64,000 bases of DNA from Chrysomallon squamiferum (GCA_012295275.1 CM022672.1:27838001-27902000), one strand, 5' to 3'; counted from the first letter of the stretch, positions 29,045 to 43,717 are shown. Translations and numbers: made by a program. The notes: generated by a model not told the origin, from the letters alone.

Positions 29045-32000
29045 AAAGAATGTATCCCCACAAAAAATTGTCATCAAAGTAATATTTATGCCAATTCTAC
29101 TGTTAACACTCCAACTGCAAATTGTAAAAATAATCTATAAAAAATTATGATGCTCCCAAATTCTACAGGTAACTGGATAAGTAGAATTATAAATTTCACT
29201 TATGAATCTAATTTTTACTTGAAGAATTTCAAAGTACATTAGTAAATGAAATGAAACTAAGTGGAAGATTTTCATTAAGAATATTAACAAATCAACAAAT
29301 CCTTTCAAAGTGAAACATCTCATAACATTAGGCATATTGAACAATTTCAACTTCAATTATAACCCATCAGTGCACAATACCATGTAAGAAGTCAAAAATA
29401 TTTCACATTATCCTACCTAACAAATGAACGTCCATTATTAAACTTTTTCACAGTGATATCAATGGCTGCTTGAAGACCTTTGGGAGTTACCACTTTCCTT
29501 TCAGCATCAGTTGTTGTAATTACAGTTCGATCTTTAACCTAAAATTTTAATAACATTATCCTGACTGAATTATGCATTTTAATAAGGCTTTTGGTAAACT
29601 TTAAAACATATCTCAAAAGTGGATATAAAATAATTTGATAGATGAAGCTGAAAAATGGTTGACTTTTGTCATACTGGATGAAGTTTGGTTAAATTACTGT
29701 CTTAAGGTACATTTTTTAGATTATTGTTAATAAAATAATAATAAAAGATAAAAATATATTTTACACTTAGTAAGGAAATGATAAAAACTTAATCCAGAAG
29801 ATCAGTGTTAATGTACTATCATTTAAACATTTTTTTTTTATTATCATCTGTTACCAAGCAGGCATGCAGTATGTCATAATTTTAGAAATTTTATTAAAAA
29901 ATCTATCAAAATCTATTACTAGGCAAATATACAGTATATGATGATTTTTTATTTTTTTTATTAGAAAGTCTATAAAAATCTGTTTAACACACATAGTACA
30001 AAATGTTTTTCAAATTTAGAGTAACTGCATTAGAAAAATCTAAAAAAAATTCACAGCATCTAAAATCTAAAAAATACATTACAGTAATATTATCTCAATC
30101 AGACAAAATCTACAAAATATATTACAGTAATATTATCTCAATCAGACAAAATCTACAAAATATATTACAGTAATATTATCTCAATCAGAAAAATTTACAA
30201 ATTTATTACAGTAACATTAATTCAGTCAGAAAAATCAATTAAATCACATTAAAATCTATAGAAAATCTATTTAATACTTTAGTTACAGAGACATACTTTG
30301 ACTTTAAGCTGTCTGTTGGGAAGATCTGTGTATGTAGCATTCCACTTATCCATGCTCCATCCTCGTACATACAGAATAGTTTCAACTATCAGCATGTCTG
30401 ACATAGCATCACCCACAGCCTTTAAAACACATTTAATAGTCAAAGTAGTAGTTGCTGTTGCTAGTGATAAAATGTTGCTGTGGTTACTAGGTGGTTGTAG
30501 ATGTTTCTGATGATAAAATGTGATCACTGGTGTTCCTGTTGTTGGCAAAAATGTTGTCATAGATATTGATGTTGTAGTTACAACAAACAGTCATAAATGT
30601 TGCTGTTGTTAGTGATAAAATATGGTAGATGTTTCTGTTGTTGGTCATAATGTGGTCATAGTTTTTGCTGTTGTTAATGAATGAATGAATGAATGAATGT
30701 TTAACAACACACCTGCTGTTGTTAGTGATAAAATTTGTTGGTGGAAGTTGGCAGATGCTGCTCTTGTTGGTGGTGGTTGTAGATGTTGCTACTGGTAATA
30801 ACAGAACATTAAAGTATACATTTGGCTGAACAAATATATATTTTCTATACTTCATAATAACTTTTTTATTTGTCGAAACATGAAAAAATACAAAGGTGGG
30901 TATCTTTTATACCATACTTCTATTTACAAAATGATGTCACAATAAAAATGAAATAATATTGGCTATTTTGGTTTCAAGCAGTATTAAGTTTTAGATTCTT
31001 TGCTAAAAATTAGTATTTATCTCAGTTATCTGCATTTACATACCTGATTAATAAGATCCATGAGGACAGACAATTTGACTGCAGCCTGTCGTTTCTCTAA
31101 CTGCACACTAAAATAACAAATCCATTTATATTTTTAAAACAATGCATGTAATCTTAAATTATATCTAAGTAAAATGGTGATCTTAGAAATCTTTAGAAGT
31201 AATAGTTTTATACACTGTAATAAAACCTTTTAAAAATAAAATTATAATATGACCAATTTAAATATGTTATAATAAAATATAAGTGGTAAGACAAATACAA
31301 TTCTGTAATTATACTGTTAATGTTCATGTATTGATTCAGTTCAAACTTTTATATTTTAACATTATATTTATTGTATTAATGTTGGTATTATACCTATTTA
31401 CCTATACCAAGATTATTACCGATTCATTTTAAACTTAATCTATTCTAACAGGGCATATTTTATTATTACTTTCTTAAATTTATGACAGTTAGTCTAAAGA
31501 ACTTTCAATTACATTCATATACAGATTTTATTTTTATAGATATATTCTGAATAAACACAGAAAATTAAAATAATTCTGTTTTTAAAATAAACAATAAAAG
31601 TACATAAATAAATAAATAGAAAATAAAATAAAATCAATCAACCATCCATCTTTCCATCCACTCATCCATCCATAGTAAAAAAAAAAAAAAATGAAAGCAG
31701 CCCTAACAAGTTGTGCACTGGTTTACTGTGACTTCATGATACGCACCTTGTATCACTACTGACATCAAGAATGATATCAGATGCATGATCACTGAACAGA
31801 ACCTAAAGAAAAAACACCATTTTATTAAAAAAACAAACAGTTTATCAATTTATTTAGAAAAGCAGTAAAGCAAGTGGAAATATTTTATTACATATCATAA
31901 TCAAATATCTACAGATTTTATACAGGTGAAATCCTTCAAAAGAGTATACTGAGATACTTTCAGAAGGAGCATCTTCAAATCAATAGAGAAATAAATGAGT

Positions 32001-35000
32001 TTATGGAGTCTACACTCTCATTTTACCCAACCTCAGTCTCAGAGACGACAATGTAACCCATAGTTCCTATAATACATGCTTACTGTTCCATGTCCATTAG
32101 CCTCAAAGTAGATACCAATGTCAAACTCTTGTGCTTTGTGATGTAAATGTTTTACTCCTGTTGGTACACAGACTACAGGAACTTTCTAGAATTATAAAAC
32201 CAATAATTTTTAAAATGCTTGTACACATAAACATATATATTAGATTACATTTATAAACCAGTAATGGAAAGGAGTTTTTTCTTAATTATTATATATTAAA
32301 ATAAAAATGAATATTTTAAAGACACTTTCATATATCAACATAATAAACATATTTTTTATCTTAACAGATATGTGTTTTGATGTTACGATCACTTTATAAA
32401 TGCATTACACTAATACTGATTACTTTTGCTTAAGATATTTTTACAAATGAAATATTTATAAAAACTGAGAAGTTATATTAAAACCTACTTATGTTATTGA
32501 TTTCCACCAGTTATTTTTCAAAAATATTTTCTCAAGTATATCCGTGAGTGTATTTTTATACCAAGGAAAATAAACTTGCCAGTTCCTGTGTTATGTAATT
32601 AGTTGAGCTTCCATTAGCATATGCTGTTTGCACAAGCCCAAGTTTTACGTTGATACCACTTTTAGAAACCAGCTCTTGAAGATACCCAGCTATCTGTAAA
32701 ATATACTTAAAAATATTATCCAGTACAGATAACTACAGATGCAGAAAGACACAGAGATAGAGTGACAGACACACACAGAAACACACAGAGAGAGGGTATC
32801 TAGACATATTCAAACACACACACACACAGACAGCATAATGATACTTATACATGCCCAAATACACTAATACAATAAGAGTACTCACTAAAGTAGCTATTTT
32901 ATCTCCATCTACTAAATGGAATCTTCCATCTGAAATGTAAAGAAAAATTAATAATTAAACAGTTATAGTAAAAAATTAAAAAATACAAAACACACCCAGC
33001 CCCAAATTCCTGTCTTTCATTTTCCCTAAATATCACCAAATATATTTATATAACATATGTACACCTCAAAAATATACCTATGTCTGTGCATTTTTGTATT
33101 TATATGTCACATACATTTATATATCATAATGTTATGTTAGGTTTTATATAATTTATATATAAATATACACAAACTCACATGCATGCATGAACACGTACAC
33201 AATGTGTTCATGCATGCATGTGAATTTGTGTACATGTGACATATAAACACAAAAATTAAAGGTAGAGGTTAGTGAAAATTAGGAAGCAGAGGGCTTTGAT
33301 GCATTTTATATACATATACATTGTGTGTGTGTGTATTTTCTGTTACTTATTTAGAAAGTCAATACTAATATTTAAATTATAATTACCTTCTCCAATATAG
33401 AAATACACAATTCTATCAGCGTCTCCATCAAAAGAGACACACTTCATTCCAGACTTTACATTCAAGCCTGCAGTGAAATAGTTAAAACAATAAATCAATA
33501 ATTAAATGTGAATGAATATATTTAATTTGTGAAAATGAATGAGTATATAATTTTAATTTGCAAAAGTGTTTTAATAAATATATGTTACAGTGGTTCTTAT
33601 TATTCACTCTGTGTGCAAGTTTCTGCGTACTGTATTTTTCTGTTTATGTCTCTCAGTAAATATATACATATTATACAAAAACTACAAGAATCAAAATACA
33701 TGCCCTTTAATTTTGCATAAACTTTTGTATAATCAATTTAAAATTCAAGACAAAATGAAAAGCCTGTAGAAAGACGTTTCTTATTCTGAAGGTAACTTAT
33801 CACATTATATATGTCACAGTAATGTAAAAACGTAATGTGAGAAATGAATAGAAAGGTCAAAGAAAATTGGAAATTACCTAGTGGAGCTTTCTGTGTGATT
33901 TTAACAAAATCAGCACCACACTGCAAAAGATAAGATACTGTTGATATAACAATTATTCCTAATAAGTTTAACTTACAGGTTTTTCAAACAAAACAAAAAA
34001 CACAACAATTTCACAGCTTTAGAAATGTACAGTAACCTGTAAATAAATTATTACTTAAAATATCAGTGTCCATAATATTAATTAAACAAAACAGTAAATA
34101 TGAAACATTAAATCTAGTTTTTATTCTTAAGAAAAAAACCATTTAAATACTGTATTTGATCTAAATTAATAAATCAAATTTATTTTCAATAAATTGTATT
34201 AATAATAGGCAACACCTGAAAATTCAGTTTTCCCTCTGTGCCATTGTTGTAAATCTTTATGTATAAATTATCATTTAGTTGCTTTCCCAGCATTTCCACC
34301 TTCAAAGCCCCAACTCCATTAGCAGCATCTACATGTACTGTTGTCTGATAGTCACCACATTTGGAATTCTGGATTTAGTTGTTAATGGTTTTATCAGTCA
34401 CAAAAAAACAAAAAATATTATAGACTCTATCAACCATCTGGCAATAAAGAAAAATGATAAAAGCAAACTGCCCTGGATATAAACTGTATCAGTGGCACTT
34501 TCCAAGATCATTTCAGATGTAGACATATATCTTCCAATATGTTAAAAGTTAAAAAGTAATATACATATATATTTGAAACCAAAAATATACAAAAAAAAAA
34601 AACTGTCTTAACAAAACTTGCTATGGAGACTTTGAATGGATTATTATGCTTTAAAGTTTGCTTTATTTGTTTCTCTGATATTAATAAAATAAACAGCTTA
34701 TTATTTATGTGAATTCAAATTTGGTTCCTTTTGAAAAGCTTTCACAAAATATACCATTTTCTTTATACAAAAATTGTTGACTGCTTTTTGCAAAAAAATC
34801 TATACATATGTATGTAACTTTTCTTTCTTAAATCTCTTTAAAAAAAACAAAAACAACAATATTGCATGTAATAATTAAATTTCAACACACTAAAAATGAA
34901 AAGAAAACACTGATTAGTACCAGATCTCTCAATTTAATAAATGCTTGAGACAACTTCATATAGTAACCATCTTCTGATGCTACTCCATAATGACCATTTG

Positions 35001-35485
35001 TATTGTCACAGACCACCATGTAATGAAGCTGTGGCGTAGTCAACAACCCTGAAATCCAACACAATAAACAAACACCAGTTCAATTTATTTTAACATTATG
35101 AAGTTTTAATAACATATTTCATATACTTTCTCTATAATGATGACAAGAAACAATCATCACTAGTGGGCTGCACAGATGAAATAACAGTGAGAAATATTTT
35201 ATATTAATAGACAGAAAAACACAATGATAAATCTCTGATAACTAAAAATGGTGATGCATCTGACTGGAGGAAAAAACCATAACATACAATAAAATATTAG
35301 ATATCAGAATATACACCAAATGTGTGATATAAGGAATGTTAGTTATGGAATACTTTTAAAGAAGGAAATACTGAGTTTGTTTTGATATAATACATCTTTG
35401 CACAAGTAACTAATCCTATTTTCTTAAAAATAAAATAATTTTAAAAATCAATAATGCCTGAAAAAACCAACAAAGTCCCAAACAA

Positions 35486-35524
<39 letters not shown>

Positions 35525-38523
35525 TACTGGTGTCAAAACGTAGTTAAGATATTCAACAGTTAAAACAGAGAAACAGTAATCCAAAGAAAGATATGAACAA
35601 TAAAATGCAGGAACTTAAGAAAACAACAAGTAACTAAACGTCAGTGCAGTCCTTCATTTGCATGTAATAAAACCATCCTCCACAGCAAATGGAAGATGTC
35701 AAGTATTTTAATTTTGAGTGGCACAGATCTATATTTAAAATATTAGAAAAATTATAAAGAAATTCAATATAAAATACATTATCTGTTTTAAATCCTCCAA
35801 AATAAGGGACAATGAACTGTCTTGAATTTTGTTTTTAATTAATAATATATTCACCATACTCAATAATTTACTGTAGTGAAATACTAAAAGTCTATCAATA
35901 AGAGTAACAATGTCTCACCATAGTCATGAAAGTTCCCCTCTAGAGCCTTAATACCGCTAAGTAATGCCTGAGCTAATGATGGACTGCTTGGCCTATTACA
36001 AATACAATGTTTTAAGGTTTAGTTGTAAGAACAAATAAAAACAATAAAGAGACACAGAAAGAGAGAGAGTGGTACAGTGTTCCTTATTAATTATTAACCA
36101 AATTAATTAACATAACTGTGATTTAATTGATTTTGTTAAGAATTAATGAGAGGTTCTCTTTCTCAGATATATCAACTTCATCTTAACCACAGACTCAGTG
36201 CAGATATTAAATAATACAAACAATTATGTATATAATTATGGTTAGTGCAGTTTGCTAGATTTAGTGTAATTAGTAGAAAGAAAATGATAATAATATATTA
36301 AAATAGAAAAATTAGTTAAAATATATTAATTAAAAACTACAACAATAAAAAACATTTAAAACAAAAATGTATGGTCTTTAAATAAAATCCAATTAATGTA
36401 CCTTTTCAAAATTTGATTCAAAACGAACATATTTCATATAATAACTAACACATTTCAAAACTAAAATAAGAAAAACAACAACAAATACACACCAACAGTT
36501 AATGCACAATTTATCATAATGATAATATGATAATGTATACCTTGTATCCCTTGCAAAAAAAACTTTAGCTTTCTGAGATATTTCTATATTTTCAGACTTA
36601 ATAACTTTCCTAAGGATTTCTGGAATATTTTCATCACTGCAAAATAGAATAAAATTAAATGTTTTAAAAATGTGTCTAACTGTACATAACAAACATCAAA
36701 TAAATATTTACACACACACACACACACACATGTATACATAATATAATATTTAGATTCATATATATCAAATATAACATATACATCATCAGAATTCCATTTG
36801 AAACATATCATATCCACTAAAGAACTTCTAATTTGGCAGCCTAGACAGGCCAACTCTGTCAGTGTTTATATTATATGCATATACTATAGAGAAAGTTCTA
36901 AAAACTAAATAGTGGCAAGACCAAGTTAGTGAGTTCCACTGTACATTTCTCTTAGTTAATCAGTTAGATTTATTATCTTGGTACTTACTCCATATTAGCA
37001 AGCTCTGTTGCATATTTCTCCCAGGTCAGTGGCATCATCTCTCCAAGTTTGTCAACCAGTTTGACACCATTGTCATCCTCAGGATTGTGAGAAGCTGTGA
37101 TCATCACGCCAATAGTTGCTGGAATAAACCACACTAAAATGAATTAGATTTGAAAATTCATATTTTTTATTTTTTATTTTATTAATAACTTCTGTAAAAA
37201 ATATTGAATTAAATATTATAAAGGTTTCAAATTTAAAATAGAATATAGATGTTTATTATGTTTACTGATGATTAATTATCATAAATCTCTATAAATATAT
37301 ATATCAAGTGTCATACTTATAAGTCTATGGGAAGTTCATATAAAAAATAAAGTTTTATAATGTTATAAGGTAAAAGTGTTTTCTCTTATTTTTGTTGTAA
37401 AATCATACACATGACAGCTATTTATTATTAATATAAAAGATATGCTGAGTGAACTGAAACACTTTTAACTTTATATCTTTTCACACAAATACACACACAA
37501 ACACAATTCAAATTATTTTGATCAATTATAATTATATATATATATATATATATATAGTTAAATGTTTATAAATGTATTAGTAAAAGAAAATTTCTTATCA
37601 AAATACTTTGGGGAATGTAATGTAACACTTGGTTTACCTTTTCTGCACTTTGATGCTAAAACAGCCAGCAATCCCATTCGATAAATAACATGATCCAAGA
37701 ACTCTGCTCTAAAAATAATGTTTTATATCTATTTAACAGTATATATAGCCAATTTTTTTTTTTTTTTAAAAGATGTCTGTTTAAAACCCATAGCATTATG
37801 ATTATTTGTTTCATTATTTTATAACTTTTTAAACTTGTCTTGTATTCCTTTTTTCTTTTCTGTTGTTCTTAAATATAATACAACTGTTTCATATAGCAAA
37901 ATGAAATATATTTTAAAATTTGCTTTTGCAAATTAATCTGGGAAGCCAATAGTTACATAGTATCAGTATGACATGCACACGGTTAAGGAAATAATATTTA
38001 TTTGATTCATTTTTTTGTTACCATTACACAGTAACATTACTCTAGTGTTTATCCTTACATGCACGGATATTGATAGTATTTTAGAATAATAAATAATTAT
38101 CATAATATTAAAATCAGTTAATGTTATATAAAATGTTTCAAATACTTCAATTACCAACTGCTTATAAACATAACAATAATTATAATTCCTGCGATTTAAT
38201 TTACAGATTGAGATTACCTATAAAGACACTACTTGACATTACAGATATACTTTTAAAATCACCTAAGAATGGCAACATTCTTATTATACTTATAGTTACA
38301 TCTCTCATCCTAAAACGTCACACGTGATATTTAGCACCAATTATTAAACCTAAAACCATTTTTACTTCATCAATTTGTCTAAATATTTGTTCAGAACTGC
38401 GTAACAAAATATTATATTAAACCTGCAACGGAAGCCGGCTGTTCCATACTGTATTGTAATTTCTTGTTTCCGTGGGTGTTTCTTACAAGCAATATCTTTC
38501 GCTCTCTCGAACTGCTCGTCCAT
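28403..38523 (-). CDS. PGM3: Phosphoacetylglucosamine mutase, 18 exons, 547 aa
   Basis: Exons 38523-38423, 37708-37638, 37118-36989, 36636-36541, 35992-35919, 35048-34921, 34368-34216, 33920-33878, 33467-33387, 32929-32886, 32693-32580, 32185-32084, 31802-31747, 31107-31044, 30419-30297, 29538-29417, 28884-28833, 28492-28403. Motifs [15 protein letters not shown] (catalytic Ser), DGDADR (metal loop), [26 protein letters not shown]. Confidence 0.97.
30062..30235. repeat. 43-bp minisatellite in PGM3 intron 15
   Basis: About 4 copies of aaaatctacaaaatatattacagtaatattatctcaatcagac (attacagtaa at 30078, 30121, 30164, ~30205). Confidence 0.9.
30440..30810. repeat. Degenerate tandem repeat upstream of the PGM3 exon 15 acceptor
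   Basis: Recurrent gttgctgttgttagtgataaaa and gtggttgtagatgtt units. Confidence 0.65.
33090..33256. repeat. Nested inverted repeat (hairpin) in PGM3 intron 9
   Basis: Inner arms 33166-33194 / 33204-33232 (28 of 29 complementary, 9-nt loop); outer arms 33090-33112 / 33234-33256 (22 of 23). Confidence 0.85.
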
Positions 38524-39186
38524 TCCTATCGTTAACTGTTTCCTAATAGCTAATTACGCTCGTTCTAATTATGTTATTGAAGATTCAAAATATATGAATT
38601 TTAACCAATCTATTTGAACTATATTTATCTTTTATTAGAGATTTATGATAACGGGGAAATAACCGTTCAGTGTAACTACGATTTGGCTATCGTTATTAAG
38701 AACAACTTGTAACGAGAAGCAATGTGAATGTCACAGCGTAAACAAAAGAAGAACATAACTAGCCTCCTTTTGTTCTTTTATACTGTTATATTATAATGTT
38801 CGAAAAACATGACGGCACTTGCTTTTCGTTATCATATGACATATTTTATTATTATTTTTATGTAGTGGTAAAACTCAGGTATTCAGCTTGAATTATCATT
38901 ATGCTACATCCGGATAAGCTTCCTGAATTAGCCAGTTACATAATTATGGGATAGTGCACCATGGATGTGTACTGATACAGGCAATATATATATAAACGCA
39001 TTAAAAATAATAATTATTATTTATTTTATTTTATTTTATTTGCAAAAACAGTAAAATAATAAGAACTAAATTTACAGTATAAGGCTACACAATAATGTTA
39101 TATTATGAAACAGTGCATGGACAAGACCCAAAATACGATTTTTTTTTCTTTCTTCATTAAAAAAAAAAAAAAAATGTTTTATTTTA

Positions 39187-39226
<40 letters not shown>

Positions 39227-40653
39227 TATGGTTGTCTGTTACACAGTTGTTATTCAGGATTAAGTACTGCGCAGTAATACACAATGTGTATCTATTCAGT
39301 TTTACAATTATCTTAACATCTCTTGTGTGTTCTGTTGGTTTGGGTGCTAGTCATGAACACAGGAACAACATAACAGGCAACATTTACCTAACGTAATAAG
39401 GCAATTAAATTTTTTTTTTTTTTTTTTTTTTATAAACATGGGCCGTGTCTCGATTAATTCAGTATCTAATTTTATATTTATAGATACGTCGTGCCAACTT
39501 TCTGAATATCTTACTCAGTGAATACACGGACATAATGTATTGCCATTCAAGTAAAAAGCTTTCCTGTTTAAATTATTTTTGCGTTCTTTTTATGTATATC
39601 AGTATCGATTCATCCATGAGTATAATTTTATATGTATCATATATATTTCGTGAATGTGTCTTTATGCAAACTATGAAAATCATTATAAATATATATATCT
39701 TTCTTGCTTGAGGTGAATAAAAAAGAAAACGATCAGACTGTCTGACATACAGCTAGATAATATCGCTCACTTATTAAATAATTATTTCTAAAGTATTATA
39801 TTTAAATAAACAAACAAACAAAATAAATAAACAGAAAAGAACGAAACGAAACGAAACTTGCTTGATCGAAATCAAAAATCGTTTTTTATTTATATGTCAT
39901 TATTATTATTATTTTTTTTTTTTAATAATTTGAATTTTTCTTCTTTAGACACCCACACTGGAAGTTTTCTGTAGGTAATGTAAACAGTGATTCAAAAGAG
40001 TGTCCCTCTATCTATTTTTATCTAAGCACACCTCCTATGACGTAGATAAATAAACCTGATAGGATAAAAGAATGTCGCCCACCGGTAATACAGGTATAGA
40101 ATTCCCTCAATAGGCCAACCTAAGGTGGGTTTGCCACATTTATTTATTCATAAAATGACCGCACCTTACGATCACGACGACGATAGAATCCTTTGTGGTA
40201 AACAAGGGTGTGAAACATTTCTTGTTACTTCACTTCTGGGGGAAAGACATTTATATAAATCTCAGAGGTTTATATTTTTAATTTTTTCCCCCAGTTTGGT
40301 TTGATATTAATAACAGAGTGTCTGAGAATGTTTTAAACATACCAACATCAGATTAAAATGATTCGATTCAGTTACTGATACAGAATCTGAGTCTTACAAA
40401 ATACAGATAAAAAAAGAAGTTATACGTGTAAAAAGATACTGCGACTTGTAAGTTGTTCTGTGAGGAGTTTTGTTGTTTACCATCTGAATTTTATTTTTGA
40501 CAGTGTTGTTTATTTTAATAAGCTTTCAGTGTAAAAAAACGGACTGGATAAGAGGACATTATAACTGTAACAGCATTTTTTTGATAACTAAAGCGTTAGT
40601 GTTAAGATAATTAACTGTCAAAAAAAAGAAAAGAAAAAAAGACAGCAACCAGA

Positions 40654-41250
40654 ATGAAAGAACGAGAAATCAGCAGGCATCCTTCTTACCACAACAGATT
40701 TAGATCAAGTCTTGATTCTGTGGGAACTAGCCCTACTTCAGATCGTCCCCAAAATCTGTCTGTCTCTGGTCTCACACCTGACAAAGAAACAACTCTGGTT
40801 TGGCCAGGATCTGCAAAACGTCATCAGAGGACCAGGACTTCAGTTTCTTCTACAGTAAGGTCGATCTCTTTCGAATCCAACCCCGATGACGTGTTCGTGG
40901 ACGTTGAACATCAGGATGACACTAACGTGAATGGCAAAATATTCATTAGAGCGACTCAATCAACTGCATCAACGACATCGATGTTACCCAACCCTTACAA
41001 TAAATTTAATCATATTATGCATTCTGTGGTGTGGTGTGCTTGCTGTTTGTATTTTGTTTTAATCTGCTGCATGCCTGCTGTACATTATATGGAAAAATCT
41101 GACACGGCGTTTCGAAGCGGAAATGACATGAAAGCGAAAAGAACAGCCAGAATGTCTACCCTTATGTTTGTAGCAGGAACAATCATAGCTGTTGCTGTCT
41201 ATGCGGCCATTTTGTTTCTTGTGATATTTTTTACGGCATACAATACCTGA
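40654..41250 (+). CDS. Single-coding-exon membrane protein, CD225/dispanin (IFITM/PRRT/SynDIG)-like, 198 aa
   Basis: 597-nt ORF with normal coding composition. Ser/Thr/Arg-rich N-terminus, Cys-rich hydrophobic segment VVWCACCLYFVLICCMPAV, loop SDTAFRSGNDMKAKRTARMS resembling the CD225 GD..GA...S..A loop, then a C-terminal TM helix. Family assignment is by pattern only. Confidence 0.75.
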   Translation: MKEREISRHPSYHNRFRSSLDSVGTSPTSDRPQNLSVSGLTPDKETTLVWPGSAKRHQRTRTSVSSTVRSISFESNPDDVFVDVEHQDDTNVNGKIFIRATQSTASTTSMLPNPYNKFNHIMHSVVWCACCLYFVLICCMPAVHYMEKSDTAFRSGNDMKAKRTARMSTLMFVAGTIIAVAVYAAILFLVIFFTAYNT

Positions 41251-41537
41251 TTCAAGTAAAAATTAATTTTGTTTCTGTTTTCTCTGATTTGTTTGACATT
41301 TCATGATGAACCACTAATGGATACCATTCAGTTGTTGCTTCGGTAATTATGTATGTGGCAAATGGATGCAATATATAATTATGATTTATGTAATATTTAT
41401 ATATATTTTTGTGCGCGATGTATATATAAAGACTTAAGACAGAATAGGAAAAAATATGTTTTATCGGCTTTATTTCACAAGATATTTGACATTTATATGA
41501 AATAGTGTCACCACTATTTGACAGGGAATGTAACAAA

Positions 41538-41538
41538 T

Positions 41539-41596
<58 letters not shown>
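41538..41596. repeat. (AAT)n microsatellite
   Basis: Directly visible; similar tracts at 1628-1681, 1801-1870, 43950-44007, 50579-50620. Confidence 0.95.
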
Positions 41597-41597
<1 letters not shown>

Positions 41598-41854
41598 AAA
41601 TTAAATATAATAATAATAATATAATGTGGAAAATGTATAAAACTTTAACCTAGAATTAAACTGATCAGTACTTAGTGTTTTCAAACTCTTAATATACAGC
41701 GTAAACTGTATATCGATTACTGGGCATTAAGTGCAATGCTATTATTAAACATAATATGCCTGTTTGTGTCTGTATGTGTATATGTGTGTACGTATGTATG
41801 CATGTATATATTACATGTATGTATAGGTGTGACTGTGTGTATGTAGGTACATAG

Positions 41855-41885
<31 letters not shown>

Positions 41886-43717
41886 TGTATGTATATATGT
41901 ATGTATGTGTGTGTGTGTATGTATATATGTATGTATATATGTGAGAGTAGAGTAAACTTAATTTTTTTTTTTTTAATTATTCATTCGTAAAATAATAAAT
42001 TAATAATTGCCCCAAAGAAAATCACACCAAAAAATAATAATAATGAGTGATAATAGATAGACAGATAGATACATAAATAAAGCATTCATCGTCAAGAAAT
42101 TATGGTGATGGTGGTGGTATACATCGATGAGAGAAACAAGTGATGCTATTGTCCAAAATTATTCAAATAACGAGTGTTTGACACCGGTAAAATGAAGTGA
42201 CCGTACTTCACATCGGAAGTGATTCACTTAGTGAATCAGATCTTATAATATTATAAATTTAAATTTTTTTTTTTTTTCCTTAGCCTCTATTTTTGTCAAA
42301 ACAATTGAGTCAGATAATATGACGAATACAAAATAGCACTGATTAAATGAGAAATAGAGAGAAATAATTTTTAAAATTTAAGAGAGAGAGAGAAAGAACG
42401 TATATTTTACATATCAAAATACAATAGCATTTTACTGATCAGAAATTGCAAGTAAAGCAAAGTTTTTATATTTTGAAGACAATCAGAATTTTATTTCGTA
42501 AGTAAATTGTGGATAATCGTTTCATTGACTAATTTTCGACATTAATAATTATAACATCCCAAAAAAATTCTTTATGAAACTATTTTAGTAACTAACCAAA
42601 CAATGACAATTACGAAATAAACACGAAAGAATTAATAACAGATATGATTAATACAGAGAAAACGTGTATTTAACTGTTTAGTTTTGTAAATATAATGTAA
42701 TATATTTATTTTTTGTGGGCTACATTAATACATAGATAATTTGTATATAACTTATACTATTATTGTATGTTTATATGTATGTAGATGTACATATCTGTAT
42801 GTATGTTTCAGTAATTCGAGAGACCGTTATTTTTGCTTGATGATTCCAGTTAAGATTCAGTTTTTACACTAACTTTTTTAATTATTTTTATTTATTTATT
42901 TATTTGTCTTATTTTTCAGTCAGTTAATTCGTTTTCACCCATTTTTATTGTTTGCAGTGATGTTAAGAAAGTCTTTTGTTACACCGATATTTAGTTTCAG
43001 TTTAAAACTTTTGTATTGGATTTTTGAATTTGTTTTTATCAATAAAGGCTAATATATTGCTGTTTTATGCGTCTACATAATATAGCATAAGAAGACTAAA
43101 TAATTAAACATTTATATGAATTTCATTTGTGATCTCAAAAATATGATTAAAAACAGCAATTATCTGATAGTTTCTTTTCTGCAGATGGAAATATTATAAG
43201 AAATTTTATTTCACATTTATTTAATGAAATGTAATTAGCAGTAATATTTTAAAAATGTATAAGCTTTAAAAATATCAGATTATAAGCTGTCTTTACTTTT
43301 CAGCGAAGACCACATCTAGCTGACTCAGTTTATAAAGATCAGAAAAACTCCATAATAATAACAATTAATTGTAATAATAATTAAGAAGATAAACTAACGA
43401 AAAAAGGCGATAAAAGAAACAATTTCGAAATAAATAAATAAGTTAATAAATGAATTTAAAACAAAAGAAAAAAGGAAATAATAACAAACATTATAGAATA
43501 ACTGAAGTAACTATGTTGTGGAATAGGTATCATAGAAATATATGTGCTTTTCACATAATCGTAGTTGTTTGAGCACATTTTTATTTCTGTCTCTGGTGAA
43601 ATGATTCGTGGATATTCGATGTAAATGATTTCGGCCTGGTTACAGCTTCGCCTCTATTGTATAACTCTATTCTATACGTCATCAAACGTTTATTCGCCAG
43701 AAAAATTAATTGGACAA

